Shown: positions 1-12,642, counted from the first letter of the whole stretch. The stretch: 63,434 bases of DNA, filler included, from Octopus bimaculoides (GCF_001194135.2; 6 parts of 6 records of this genome joined end to end with filler, not necessarily neighbours in it); one strand, 5' to 3'. Made by a program: numbers and translations. The notes: generated by a model not told the origin, from the sequence alone.

Positions 1-34
<34 letters not shown>

Positions 35-307
35 TTATATATATGTGTGTTTGTCTGTCTGTCTGACTGGCTGGTTGTGTTTGTATGTATGCATGTGTTA
101 ATGGCACGTGTGTGTGTCCCAGCACCGCTTGAGAACCGGCATTGGTGTGTTTACATCCGTGTTACTTAGAGGTTCGGTAGAAGAAACGATTGAATTAGTA
201 CCGGGGTCAAAAAACAAAAATTACTGTGGTCGATTTGTACTACTAAAATCCTTCAAAGCGGCGCCCCAGCGTTGCCGCAGTCTATATTTTATATATATAT
301 ATATTAT

Positions 308-382
<75 letters not shown>

Positions 383-668
383 AACATATATATATAAATA
401 CATTTACATATATATGTATGCATGTGCGTATACGTACATGCATATATAGATGCACATATAATATATGTATGCGTGTGTGCGCCTGTATGCGTGTGTGCGC
501 CTGTATGTGTGCGTTTATACATATATATAATTTCTTCATTCATATATAATCTATATGATATTGATGCATATATATGAATATATTTTCATACATACAGACT
601 TACACTCATGCATATATACAAGCATATATATATATACTGAAACAAGTAAAATACAAAAGATAAAACAG

Positions 669-707
<39 letters not shown>

Positions 708-1399
708 TAAATTTAAGGAATGGAGTGAACGCATGTTATNNNNNNNNNNNNNNNNNNNNNNNNNNNNNNNNNNNNNNNNNNNNNNNNNNNNNNNNNNNNN
801 NNNNNNNNNNNNNNNNNNNNNNNNNNNNNNNNNNNNNNNNNNNNNNNNNNNNNNNNNNNNNNNNNNNNNNNNNNNNNNNNNNNNNNNNNNNNNNNNNNNN
901 NNNNNNNNNNNNNNNNNNNNNNNNNNNNNNNNNNNNNNNNNNNNNNNNNNNNNNNNNNNNNNNNNNNNNNNNNNNNNNNNNNNNNNNNNNNNNNNNNNNN
1001 NNNNNNNNNNNNNNNNNNNNNNNNNNNNNNNNNNNNNNNNNNNNNNNNNNNNNNNNNNNNNNNNNNNNNNNNNNNNNNNNNNNNNNNNNNNNNNNNNNNN
1101 NNNNNNNNNNNNNNNNNNNNNNNNNNNNNNNNNNNNNNNNNNNNNNNNNNNNNNNNNNNNNNNNNNNNNNNNNNNNNNNNNNNNNNNNNNNNNNNNNNNN
1201 NNNNNNNNNNNNNNNNNNNNNNNNNNNNNNNNNNNNNNNNNNNNNNNNNNNNNNNNNNNNNNNNNNNNNNNNNNNNNNNNNNNNNNNNNNNNNNNNNNNN
1301 NNNNNNNNNNNNNNNNGATTTGTTCGCACCAGCATGGCCGCATTCAAATAACTGACACAAAGAAAAGAATATATATACGTGTGCATGTATGTATGTATG

Positions 1400-1431
<32 letters not shown>

Positions 1432-1992
1432 TGTATGTATGTATGTATGTATGTATGTATGTATGCATGTATGTATACCAGACATGTACTTAAAATTTAT
1501 TATACAAGCTATGTTGTTTCCACATTTAGCAGACTATAAATTATTACTGTCTAAGGGAAATAACTGCATCCAGCTTTCCTACTTCAACTGCTGGTCTGAT
1601 TGCGGTCACTTATTCGCGTCTTACTTTACGCTCTCTCCCTCTCTCTCTCTCCCTGTCTCTATTTGTCTATTTGTCTATATATATATATATATATATATAA
1701 TACAAAGAATATATATGCATGTATATACACATATATGTACATACTTACATCTACATGTGTATATATATGCATATCAGGGTTACAGGACGTTAGAACAATG
1801 AACTACAGACCACGGAACGAACACATAGGTAAACAGATAGCCACTTGGAATCAATCCTTCGTCAGCTGCCTCTATTCTAACTAGACGTTTCGTACATGCA
1901 TTAAAATGTTTGCAGACAATTATATATACATGTATATATATACGTATGTGTATGCGTGTGTGTGTTGTCTGTTCATTGAGTATCTGGTCTGT

Positions 1993-2150
1993 TGCTATAG
2001 TAACGAAGCTAAAGCACGCAGAGTGACACCACTTGGCACAGATTGACCTTTAACTCTGCGCACTAAGTTTCGTTAAAATTTAATGCGTATGAACAGCAGA
2101 GTTGAAGGTCAAACTTTGGCAATGCGGCTTCACTCTGCGTTACTATAGCA
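1993..2150. mobile_element. Small foldback/MITE-like element
   Basis: Left arm TGCTATAGTAACG..CAGAGTGACACC..GACCTTTAACTCTGC is the imperfect reverse complement of right arm GCAGAGTTGAAGGTC..TTCACTCTGCGTTACTATAGCA. Confidence 0.7.
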
Positions 2151-2233
2151 AAAGTCCGGATACATATTGATCAGAACCCGTATATCTGCACATATACGTA
2201 TATGTATGTAAGTATGTGTATATTTTCGAGTCT

Positions 2234-2278
<45 letters not shown>

Positions 2279-2378
2279 NNNNNNNNNNNNNNNNNNNNNN
2301 NNNNNNNNNNNNNNNNNNNNNNTTAATTAATTAANNNNNNNNNNNNNNNNNNNNNNNNNNNNNNNNNNNNNNNNNNNN
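2279..2378. other. Artificial scaffold spacer (44 N + TTAATTAATTAA at 2323-2334 + 44 N)
   Basis: Exactly 100 bp with a 12-mer carrying stops in all six frames at its centre; the same layout occurs five times. Confidence 0.9.
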
Positions 2379-2522
2379 AAATTTATTTACAGATTCACAC
2401 GCTTATCACAGTGGTCCTTCAAGTTTTCTAAATCCCTGTAAAAGAACTCTGAAGGCTGGGCCTCCAACCAGGCCTTTCATGAGACCCTTAAAGCCAAGAA
2501 CTTTTCAACACACCCCTTAAAT

Positions 2523-3000
2523 ATCATCATCATCATCATTGTTTAACGTCCACTTTCCATGCTAGCACGGGTTGGACGATTTGACTGAGGACTGGTGAAC
2601 CACATGGCTACACCAGGCTCCAATTTGGCAGAGTTTCTCCAGCTGGATGCCCTCCCTAATGCCAACCACTCCGAGGGTGTAGTGGGTGCTTTTACATGCC
2701 ACCAGCACAAAGGCCAGTCAAGCGGTTCTGGCAATGACCATGCTCAAAATGGTGTATTTTACATGCCACCTGCACAGGAGCTAGTCCAGCAGTACTGGCA
2801 ACGATCTCGCTCGAATGTCTTTCCATGTGCCACCGGCACAAGTGCCAGGAAGGCGACGTTGGTAAGAATCACACTCAAATGGTGCTATTAACATGCCATT
2901 GGCACAGAAGCCAGACAGCTGCTCTGGCAATGATCACACTCGGATGGTGCTCTTAGCGCTCCACTGGCACAGGTGCCATCATGATTTCGCTTTCGCTTGC
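2523..3000 (-). mobile_element. RTE-tail non-autonomous retroposon (window family E), degenerate copy
   Basis: (CAT)n-GTTTAACGTCC..GCTAGCA..GGTTGGACGATTTGACTGAGG..CAGCTGGATGCC shared with at least 8 copies; on the minus strand the element ends in (GAT)n, as RTE-clade 3' tails do. Confidence 0.75.
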
Positions 3001-4631
3001 CCCAACAGGTCTTCGCAAATTTATATATATATATATATACCCACACACACACAAATAACTTTTTTTTTTTGCCAGTGGCACGTAAAANNNNNNNNNNNNN
3101 NNNNNNNNNNNNNNNNNNNNNNNNNNNNNNNNNNNNNNNNNNNNNNNNNNNNNNNNNNNNNNNNNNNNNNNNNNNNNNNNNNNNNNNNNNNNNNNNNNNN
3201 NNNNNNNNNNNNNNNNNNNNNNNNNNNNNNNNNNNNNNNNNNNNNNNNNNNNNNNNNNNNNNNNNNNNNNNNNNNNNNNNNNNNNNNNNNNNNNNNNNNN
3301 NNNNNNNNNNNNNNNNNNNNNNNNNNNNNNNNNNNNNNNNNNNNNNNNNNNNNNNNNNNNNNNNNNNNNNNNNNNNNNNNNNNNNNNNNNNNNNNNNNNN
3401 NNNNNNNNNNNNNNNNNNNNNNNNNNNNNNNNNNNNNNNNNNNNNNNNNNNNNNNNNNNNNNNNNNNNNNNNNNNNNNNNNNNNNNNNNNNNNNNNNNNN
3501 NNNNNNNNNNNNNNNNNNNNNNNNNNNNNNNNNNNNNNNNNNNNNNNNNNNNNNNNNNNNNNNNNNNNNNNNNNNNNNNNNNNNNNNNNNNNNNNNNNNN
3601 NNNNNNNNNNNNNNNNNNNNNNNNNNNNNNNNNNNNNNNNNNNNNNNNNNNNNNNNNNNNNNNNNNNNNNNNNNNNNNNNNNNNNNNNNNNNNNNNNNNN
3701 NNNNNNNNNNNNNNNNNNNNNNNNNNNNNNNNNNNNNNNNNNNNNNNNNNNNNNNNNNNNNNNNNNNNNNNNNNNNNNNNNNNNNNNNNNNNNNNNNNNN
3801 NNNNNNNNNNNNNNNNNNNNNNNNNNNNNNNNNNNCTTCAGTTTTTCTAAACCCTATAAAAAAAAAACTCTGAAGATTGAGCCTCCAGCAAGGCCTTTCG
3901 CGATACCCTAAAAACTAGAATCTTTTCAATAGCACCTCAAATATCCAATCTAATATATAAAATAGAGATGTGTGTGTATTCGGTTTTGACATGAAAATGG
4001 CTTCACCAATTACTTCCATACTTGTGATACATAAATAATTTGAACTCGGACAATATAATAGGGTCTTCATTTGATGTTTTTCTTATTAAAAATTAAAAAT
4101 ATTCATTTATATTTATGATTCACTTCTTTAAAAAGGTTTCTCAATGTCAACTTCCTGTATTGACGTCAAAATGGCAAAGTCTTTCATTCCCTTTTTTAAT
4201 GTTCGCTCTTTGTAAACAACTGCAATAAATTACTGAAAGAAATATTTACCAAGTTCACAAATTTAAATATTTGGTACAAGTTTTTAACGAGCTTTTAATT
4301 ATACGATCTTTTCATTCCATGTTTATCTCATTCATTGCCTGCAAGGTTCTCTCTCTCTCACACACACACACACTCCATGCACATACATACACACATGTAT
4401 ACACATATATATATACACAGACACACATATATACATATACGCACACACATNNNNNNNNNNCATATATACATACATACACACACACACATATATATACATA
4501 TACACACACACACATATGCACATACATACACACATAGCACACAAAGGTACTTCACCATCACACCCACAAAGCACCCTCACCCCCTACAACCCAGCGGACA
4601 GACAGACAGACAAAGCAACGGTGGAACTTAC

Positions 4632-4713
4632 GGGCATCCTGAAAGAAGACTGAAACTTGCGAAGTGCCACGTCAACTTGGAGTCCAGAGAGATCAATTTC
4701 TTCAGCAAAATAA
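4632..4713 (-). CDS. IQSEC: Internal exon (82 nt) of an IQSEC/BRAG/schizo-type Sec7-domain Arf-GEF: YFAEEIDLSGLQVDVALRKFQSSFRMP
   Basis: Minus strand ttatttgcAG|TTATTTTGCT...ATGCCC|GTAAGT; the peptide matches the Sec7 stretch just before the GEAQKIERL motif as I recall it from invertebrate schizo/BRAG proteins (ELDLSGLQVDVALRKFQAYFRMP). Confidence 0.85.
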
Positions 4714-4777
4714 CTGCAAATAAGAGAGAGACAGGTTCAATTCTCAGTCTGGGTAACAAATAACAGGACAAAAGAGG

Positions 4778-4817
<40 letters not shown>

Positions 4818-5060
4818 ACTAATAATAATGGTTGCAAACAGATGTGGTACTTGTTTCAGTCATTTGACTGCGGCCATGCTGGAGCACTGCTTTTAGTCAA
4901 AGAAATGGACTCCAAGGCTTATTTTTTGTAAGCCTAGTACTTATTCTATCGGTTTCTTTTGCCAAACTGCTAAGTTACGGGACGATAAACACTAACATCT
5001 ATTATCAAGCAATGACAGGACACACACAAACACATTTAAACATACACACACATTATATAT

Positions 5061-5248
5061 CATCATCATCATCATCGTTTAACGTCCGCTTTCCATGCTA
5101 GCATGGGTTGGACGATTTGACTGAGGACTGGTGAAACCGGATGGCAACACCAGGCTCCAGTCTGATTTGGCAGAGTTTCTACAGCTGGATGCCCTTCCTA
5201 ACGCCAACCACTCAGAGAGTGTAGTAGGTGCTTTTACGTGTCACCCAT
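5061..5248 (-). mobile_element. Family E RTE-tail retroposon, 3' fragment
   Basis: Near-identical to the copies at 13500, 41580 and 56538. Confidence 0.8.
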
Positions 5249-5299
5249 ATATATAAATTATTACAAATTAAAAGGGTCAAGATTTATCAATTTATTACA

Positions 5300-5720
5300 A
5301 ATTTGTAATAATTATTCACTCCCTGATAGTAAACGCAAAGCTTCTGCGGTATTGTTTGTAACGCACATGGTAATTTCTTGAGGGGGAAGTAGTAGAATGA
5401 CTGGCAGAGGTAAGTTCGGTTATGTTTTCAGATTGTGTCGAGGCATGAGGTTCACTCGTTCATACTTGCGCGGTTTGCTAGCATAGTCGAATGTACTACT
5501 GGAATATCATACCGATGACGGAAATTGAAATTTATCATTCATAATCCAGTAACGCGTCTATGATTAACTTTAAATGGTTAGTTTTCATTGTTTTTTCTTC
5601 TTGTTTTTGCCTTTGTGAGTTACAAGTAATGCTATCTGTTGGAGTCTCAGCTTTTTTAGCTGCTATTTCTGAACTTCGGTATATGGTGAAGCAAATGCTT
5701 GCTGATCCCTTAATTATGTT
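5300..5720 (-). mobile_element. Possible Penelope-like element remnant (C-terminal GIY-YIG region)
   Basis: Broken minus-strand translation includes FRHRYDIPVVHSTMLANR, loosely like the PLE endonuclease tail; many stops. Confidence 0.3.
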
Positions 5721-6218
5721 TATAAATATATATATATATATANNNNNNNNNNNNNNNNNNNNNNNNNNNNNNNNNNNNNNNNNNNNNNNNNNNNNNNNNN
5801 NNNNNNNNNNNNNNNNNNNNNNNNNNNNNNNNNNNNNNNNNNNNNNNNNNNNNNNNNNNNNNNNNNNNNNNNNNNNNNNNNNNNNNNNNNNNNNNNNNNN
5901 NNNNNNNNNNNNNNNNNNNNNNNNNNNNNNNNNNNNNNNNNNNNNNNNTATATGTATACAAGTGGCTTCTTTCAGTTTCCGTCAACCAAATTCAATCATA
6001 AGGCTATGGTTGGCCCAAGGCTATAGTAGAAGACACCCAAAGTGCCACGCAGTGGAACTGAACCTGGAACCATGTGTTTGGGAAGCAAGCTTCTTACCAC
6101 ACAGCCACACCTGCACCTATATATAGCGTTCAAGACATACACACTTCACGTCTGGTTGTACAGCCTTCTTGTTTGTTTATTTCACCGTTTCGTTTTCCTG
6201 TCTTGTTTTCCGTCCGCC

Positions 6219-6318
6219 NNNNNNNNNNNNNNNNNNNNNNNNNNNNNNNNNNNNNNNNNNNNTTAATTAATTAANNNNNNNNNNNNNNNNNNNNNNNNNN
6301 NNNNNNNNNNNNNNNNNN
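6219..6318. other. Artificial scaffold spacer (linker 6263-6274)
   Basis: 44 N + TTAATTAATTAA + 44 N. Confidence 0.9.
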
Positions 6319-6382
<64 letters not shown>

Positions 6383-6479
6383 TCACACGTGATTGTTTGT
6401 GTTTGGTGTTTTCATTGGAGTGTTCCCTTAGTTTAGCTTGTTTTCAAAGGTATGAATACATTCTGGTTTAGACATACCT

Positions 6480-6830
6480 TTAACGTATACGTCCGGGCAA
6501 TCCTTCTTTCCATATGTATCATGTCTCATAGCCATTTTGGGGCAGCTGCTGACGATGTGAGGGACATCTTCCTCAATGGAATAGCAGAATCATTTTCTAT
6601 TCCAACGAGAAGGTTTGATGGTATCTTTGTCTCTATTCTTTATTAGGTGCTTAGTAACCCTCTTCTGTTCCTGGACAACGAAGGCATATCCTCGATGGGA
6701 TATAATTAATCGATTACAGGTCCAGGAGTGGTTGTTCTTCATGTCACTGCTGCTGTTATCATCTAGCTTCCAAGTATTGCTTTTTTGCTGGTATATGTGC
6801 TTCTCCTCCAACCTCCTTTGGGTCGCATGA
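6480..6830 (-). pseudogene. R4/Dong-like (REL-endonuclease) non-LTR retrotransposon remnant
   Basis: Minus-strand frame reads SDMKNNHSWTCNRLIISHRGYAFVVQEQKRVTKHLIKNRD..*FCYSIEEDVPHIVSSCPKMAMRHD, resembling the WL..EG..AIQEQ and E...HI...C...RH(N/D) zinc-knuckle motifs of R4-clade proteins. Confidence 0.6.
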
Positions 6831-6868
6831 AATTGTTGTTAGTTTGAGAGCACCTGCTTCTGAGTACC

Positions 6869-6988
6869 TATGTATGTATGTATGTATGTATGTATGTATG
6901 TATGTATGTATGCATGTATGTATGTATGTATGTATGTATGTATGTATGTATGTATGTATGTATGTATGTGTATACGTATGTATGTATT
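6869..6988. repeat. (TATG)n microsatellite
   Basis: Direct observation. Confidence 0.95.
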
Positions 6989-7239
6989 CGTAGCGTGATT
7001 CTTGTATGGATCCATGTTAGGAATATCGTCGCGGTCTGAATTTGAAACGAAGTAATTTGAAAACGGGGAGGAATGAAAGATGTGATCATGGAATAACGAA
7101 TGCACAAGTTCTGCTCAGCTAGATATGTCAAGAAGCTAACAGACAGCTGGTCGACTCCTGCAATTGCTAAGTGGTAACCATGAGATCAGCAAAGGCCATG
7201 AAGGACATCTCGAATACGATAGGAAGATGATGACATAGT

Positions 7240-7270
<31 letters not shown>

Positions 7271-8191
7271 NNNNNNNNNNNNNNNNNNNNNNNNNNNNNN
7301 NNNNNNNNNNNNNNNNNNNNNNNNNNNNNNNNNNNNNNNNNNNNNNNNNNNNNNNNNNNNNNNNNNNNNNNNNNNNNNNNNNNNNNNNNNNNNNNNNNNN
7401 NNNNNNNNNNNNNNNNNNNNNNNNNNNNNNNNNNNNNNNNNNNNNNNNNNNNNNNNNNNNNNNNNNNNNNNNNNNNNNNNNNNNNNNNNNNNNNNNNNNN
7501 NNNNNNNNNNNNNNNNNNNNNNNNNNNNNNNNNNNNNNNNNNNNNNNNNNNNNNNNNNNNNNNNNNNNNNNNNNNNNNNNNNNNNNNNNNNNNNNNNNNN
7601 NNNNNNNNNNNNNNNNNNNNNNNNNNNNNNNNNNNNNNNNNNNNNNNNNNNNNNNNNNNNNNNNNNNNNNNNNNNNNNNNNNNNNNNNNNNNNNNNNNNN
7701 NNNNNNNNNNNNNNNNNNNNNNNNNNNNNNNNNNNNNNNNNNNNNNNNNNNNNNNNNNNNNNNNNNNNNNNNNNNNNNNNNNNNNNNNNNNNNNNNNNNN
7801 NNNNNNNNNNNNNNNNNNNNNNNNNNNNNNNNNNNNNNNNNNNNNNNNNNNNNNNNNNNNNNNNNNNNNNNNNNNNNNNNNNNNNNNNNNNNNNNNNNNN
7901 NNNNNNNNNNNNNNNNNNNNNNNNNNNNNNNNNNNNNNNNNNNNNNNNNNNNNNNNNNNNNNNNNNNNNNNNNNNNNNNNNNNNNNNNNNNNNNNNNNNN
8001 NNNNNNNNNNNNNNNNNNNNNNNNNNNNNNNNNNNNNNNNNNNNNNNNNNNNNNNNNNNNNNNNNNNNNNNNNNNNNNNNNNNNNNNNNNNNNNNNNNNN
8101 NNNNNNNNNNNNNNNNNNNNNNNNNNNNNNNNNNNNNNNNNNNNNNNNNNNNNNNNNNNNNNNNNNNNNNNNNNNNNNNNNNNNNNNNNNN

Positions 8192-8262
<71 letters not shown>

Positions 8263-8276
8263 GCGTGTATACGACG

Positions 8277-8432
8277 AGCTTCTTTCAGTTTCCGTCTACC
8301 AAATCAACTCACAAGGTTTGATCGGCCCCAGGCTATAGTAGAAGACACTTGCCCAAGGAGCCACACAGTGAGACTAATCCGGAACCATGTAGTTGGGAAG
8401 CAACCATCTTACCACACAGCCACGCCTGCGCC
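8277..8432 (-). mobile_element. tRNA-derived SINE (window family A), 5' half
   Basis: Minus strand GGCGCAGGCGTGGCTGTGTGGTAAG..TTCCGGATTAGTCTC..GAAACTGAAAGAAGC. Confidence 0.8.
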
Positions 8433-8668
8433 TATATATATATAAAATGATAAGTAATTTTAAGATCCAAGTATCTAGGGATTGGAAGTTAGTAAGCTTC
8501 GAGCAGACCGTAGTAAGTATAAAATCAACTTTCAGGAACAATAATAACTTATTGACGTCGAACGTTGTAGGTTTTTATTCCCATATCGAATTTCAATAAG
8601 CTGAGAATGTTATTTTATAGTTCACGGTTAGCATCTAGGGTTGCTATGAATGCGAATAAAAAATCCAA

Positions 8669-9017
8669 ATTGAGAGAATGGAGTTGGTAAAATCTGGACT
8701 AAATATGTTTCCTAGCTAGCAGAACCTCGGAAGTAATCATTACTCAACCAGGGGTACTCCATTATTTACTCATCAGACCGAAGATACCTTAGTTAAATAA
8801 AAGCTACATTGTCGTCAAAGGATCCTAAGTTAACTTGCAAGTTAACTCGGGGATAACTCGCGATCTCTTGACTACAATATAACCTTCATTTAACTAAGGT
8901 ATCTTAGGCCTGATGAATAGCTAGTGGAGTACTCCTCGTTGAGTAATTATTACGTCCGAGGTTCCGCTAGCTAGGAAACGTATGTAGCCCGGATCTTACA
9001 TGCTTCATTCTCTGAAT
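8669..9017. mobile_element. About 350-bp foldback element with roughly 150-bp imperfect arms and a perfect 20-bp central palindrome AGTTAACTTGCAAGTTAACT (8828-8847)
   Basis: TTTCCTAGCTAGCAGAACCTCGGA pairs with TCCGAGGTTCCGCTAGCTAGGAAA; AAGATACCTTAGTTAAAT pairs with ATTTAACTAAGGTATCTT. Confidence 0.8.
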
Positions 9018-9018
9018 A

Positions 9019-9059
<41 letters not shown>

Positions 9060-9159
9060 NNNNNNNNNNNNNNNNNNNNNNNNNNNNNNNNNNNNNNNNN
9101 NNNTTAATTAATTAANNNNNNNNNNNNNNNNNNNNNNNNNNNNNNNNNNNNNNNNNNNN
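9060..9159. other. Artificial scaffold spacer (linker 9104-9115)
   Basis: 44 N + TTAATTAATTAA + 44 N. Confidence 0.9.
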
Positions 9160-9460
9160 TTGCAGCCTTGTCTAAAATTTATTAAAATTGCAGTCTTGTC
9201 TAAAATTTATTAAAATTGCAGCCTTGTCTAAAATTTGTTAAAATTGCAGCCTTGTCTAAAATTTGTTAAAATTGCAGCCTTGTCTAAAATTTGTTAAAAT
9301 TGCAGCCATGTATAAATTTTTTAAAATTGCAGCCTTGTCTAAAATTTATTAAAATTGCAGGCCTTGTCTAAAATTTGTTAAAATTGCAGCCTTGTCTAAA
9401 ATTTGTTAAAATTGCAGCCTTGTCTAAAATTTATTAAAATTGCAGCCTCTTCTAAAGTTT
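9160..9460. repeat. 28-bp minisatellite TGCAGCCTTGTCTAAAATTT(G/A)TTAAAAT, about 10.5 copies
   Basis: Direct tandem copies; the array runs into the scaffold edge. Confidence 0.95.
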
Positions 9461-9728
9461 GAAACCATTAACTTTGTAGCATTCAGATTATTCTGTCAAA
9501 TGTAATGTCTTGTTTATCCAGATTCTTTTGAATTCATCCTGCATTATCTCACAGCTTTACGGTTTCATTCATGTTATTGTTTATTTTTAGAATGACGTCT
9601 GGTAGATTAAGAATTAAGAATCTGGATCTAACCAGTTTTGACATAAAACACATAGAATATTTGGGCCGGATGTGGCTGGTTTAAATGCGAAAGGATCAAT
9701 ATTATTATTGTTTATTTCTATTTTTCAG

Positions 9729-9754
9729 ATGCAACTGACTTGGGAGAAAATAAG
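9729..9754 (+). CDS. SAFB: SAFB microexon (26 nt, phase 1 to 0): DATDLGENK
   Basis: tttcAG|ATGCAACT..AATAAG|GTAATA; in phase with the next exon. Confidence 0.6.
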
Positions 9755-12606
9755 GTAATAATGTTGTTTTTATATCCTGGTTTTTCTCAACCCTTCACTT
9801 AATTATCTTCACTGTAGTTTCTTTTAGCCCTTTATTCCTCATAGCTTTTTCCCCTCTCCCTAATTATCTTCACTGTAGCACTACTCAAACTGAATTATAT
9901 GAAATACACCAAGAAAATTTTGTTGAGTAATCTTTCTTCTAGCTAAATTACACTTAAACCAATGACGTTTGATCATGGTTTTATATGTAATGTTTTTTCC
10001 CCAATTTTCTTATAGCATTCTTTTTCTTTTCATTCTTCCCTATTCTTATTATATATAACAGATTATACAGAGGTTTCTGTAAGTTTATTTTAAATTTTAA
10101 CATTTTTAGGTTTTGAGTGAAGATAAATTTCAGGAAGAAAGTGAACCTACAGATGTTCTTCGTAAGTATCACAGGTCTACAACTAAAAAGTTAAACATAG
10201 ATGTTATATATGTCCCTGTGTGAATATGTGTCTATATTGATTAGTGTTGTTGAGGGTATCTAAAATTCTAAAATTCCATTGCTGATTCCAGTAACAGCAT
10301 TGGTGATGACACTGAGAAATATGTCAGTCACGACAATTTAATTTTGGACTAGCAAACTACTTGCCTCAGTCTGCTGAGCTGACAAGTTCCTCTCCTATCA
10401 ACATCGTCATTTAGCATCCATTTTCCATGTTGACATAGGTTAGACAGTTTGACTAGAACTAGTAAGCCAGAGAGCTACACCAGGTTCCAGTCTATTTTGG
10501 CTTGGTTTCTATGGCTGGATAACCTTTCTAACAACAACCACTTCATAGAATGTACTGGGTGGCTTATGTATCACTAGCATGGGTGCCCTTAAGATGTCAC
10601 CAACACAGGTGCTTTTAATGTGTCACCAACACAGGTGCCTTTAATGTGTCACTAACACAGGTGACACCCATCAAGTGATGACAAATCAAGGGTTCAATAC
10701 ACATGCATGCACAGACAAACATATATCTATACATCAGGCTTCTTTCAATTTCTTTCTTGTAAATCCATTCAAAGGCTTATGATTGGCCCAAGGCTTGTAG
10801 CAGAAGGCATTTGCTGATGGTGCTGTGCAGTAGGACTGAACCTGAGACCACACGGTTGGGAAGCAAGCTTCTCAACCACACAGCCATATCTGCACATATG
10901 TTAACATGATAAGTAATCCTAAAACAGCAACATGTTCTGTGGTGTTATGACTATCTAATATACAATTGAATATGTTATAGTGGTGTGTTTATCTGACCTG
11001 GCTGTGTTAAACTATTTTACTTTGTGTTCAGATGTGTGATACAGTATTTTGTCATGTAATGATATACGTAACTAATTAATATCTCTGAGCTAATTATATT
11101 AATTATATTAATTATATTAATTTCCAGAAACTGAATTAACTGCAGACAACATGGATGAGGTTGGTGAAGTTTGTGATCTTTTTTTATGAATTAGTTTAAT
11201 TTCTTCTGTTTATCTTCCATTTGTTAGTAATTAGCATGTCATCTGTTGGTAGTGGTGCTCATCATTTATTCCATTGTTTGTCATAAGAAGTTGATGATTT
11301 ACTTTGTCATGGTGCCAAAAATATAAAAGCTACTTTCTGAATTATAACACTCTTATTTGGAGACATATTTGACTGTTCAGAAGGGTGATGAGATTTGAGT
11401 AATCATAAACTGTGATGTAGGTTCAAGTAGTGGGTGGGTCTGGTTTACCCATGGCTCACTACCTGATATTAAAGTATTCAGTGACAATGACATATGATAT
11501 ATTTTCCATTTTCTTTGTGTTATTTGGTGAAAGTTGTTGTGGTGACCTAGATTCACTATATATATATATATATCACTATTTCACTTCCTGTTTCATAGTT
11601 GTCAATTCTCAGTATTGTCAATTACTTATCTCCTGCAAAATGGGGTTTCTCTGAATGCTCTCTGGAGTAATGTTGCTCAACCGGATATGCTGTTTGGAGA
11701 TCAGGGAATCTCTCCAGGTTGACAGCTGCTTCTCTGCATTGGAAGGTCACAGCTCTGGACATGGGATTAGAATGTCACAAGAAAGAGTTGCAAGACACAT
11801 CCCTGAAGCTGAGCCAACCAGCAGGAGGCCTAAGGTGAGGGTGGACCAAGAATGACATGGTTGGATAATATCCAGTTGCAGATGTGGCTGTGTGGTAAGA
11901 GACTTGCTTCCCACTGCACGGCACATATGTCTTCTATTATGGCATCAGGCTAACCAAAGCCTTGTGAGTGGATTTGGTAGATGGAAACTAAAAGAAGCCT
12001 GTCATGTATATGTGTGTGTGTGTGTGTTTGTACCCCACCACTGTTTGACAACCGGTGTGTCCATGTTCCCATAACCTAGTGGTTCTGCAAAAGAGATCGA
12101 TAGAATAAGTACTAGGCTTTAAAAAAATAAACACTGGGGTTGATTCATTTGACTAAAAATTCTTCAAGGCGGTGCCCCAGCATGGCCACAGTCTAATGGC
12201 TAAAACAAGTAAAAGATAATCTCAGTTGGCTGTGCTTAGGGATCCAACCAGAAGATGTTGCTTTTGATAGGACCCTATAGAGGAGGTACCTGAGGACTCT
12301 AACCTCATGATCCTACCAGGAATAATGGGCAGAGATGAATGTATGGATGGTCAATTACTTATGGTGGTGTAGTCTGAATGGTAACTTTAACCTATTCATC
12401 AATGAAATGTTTTCATTGGTGAAGATAGCTGTGAATTTAAGTTGGTAGATTCAAATAAAATATGAAATACAATTAAGAGACATTATTTACATTGGACAGA
12501 TATGTGTCCTCATCTGATTTACTCTCCAGCCTTCATCAGGTGTCCTAGTAGAATTTTGAACCTAGCCCTGAGTTTGCATTCCTAAGTTTTTTTTTTTTTT
12601 TGCTGA

Positions 12607-12642
<36 letters not shown>

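Noticed and set aside
9591-9601. Possible 11-nt SAFB microexon AG|AATGACGTCTG|GTAGAT
   Set aside because: The phase fits but the donor is weak and the upstream exon is missing, so it cannot be tested
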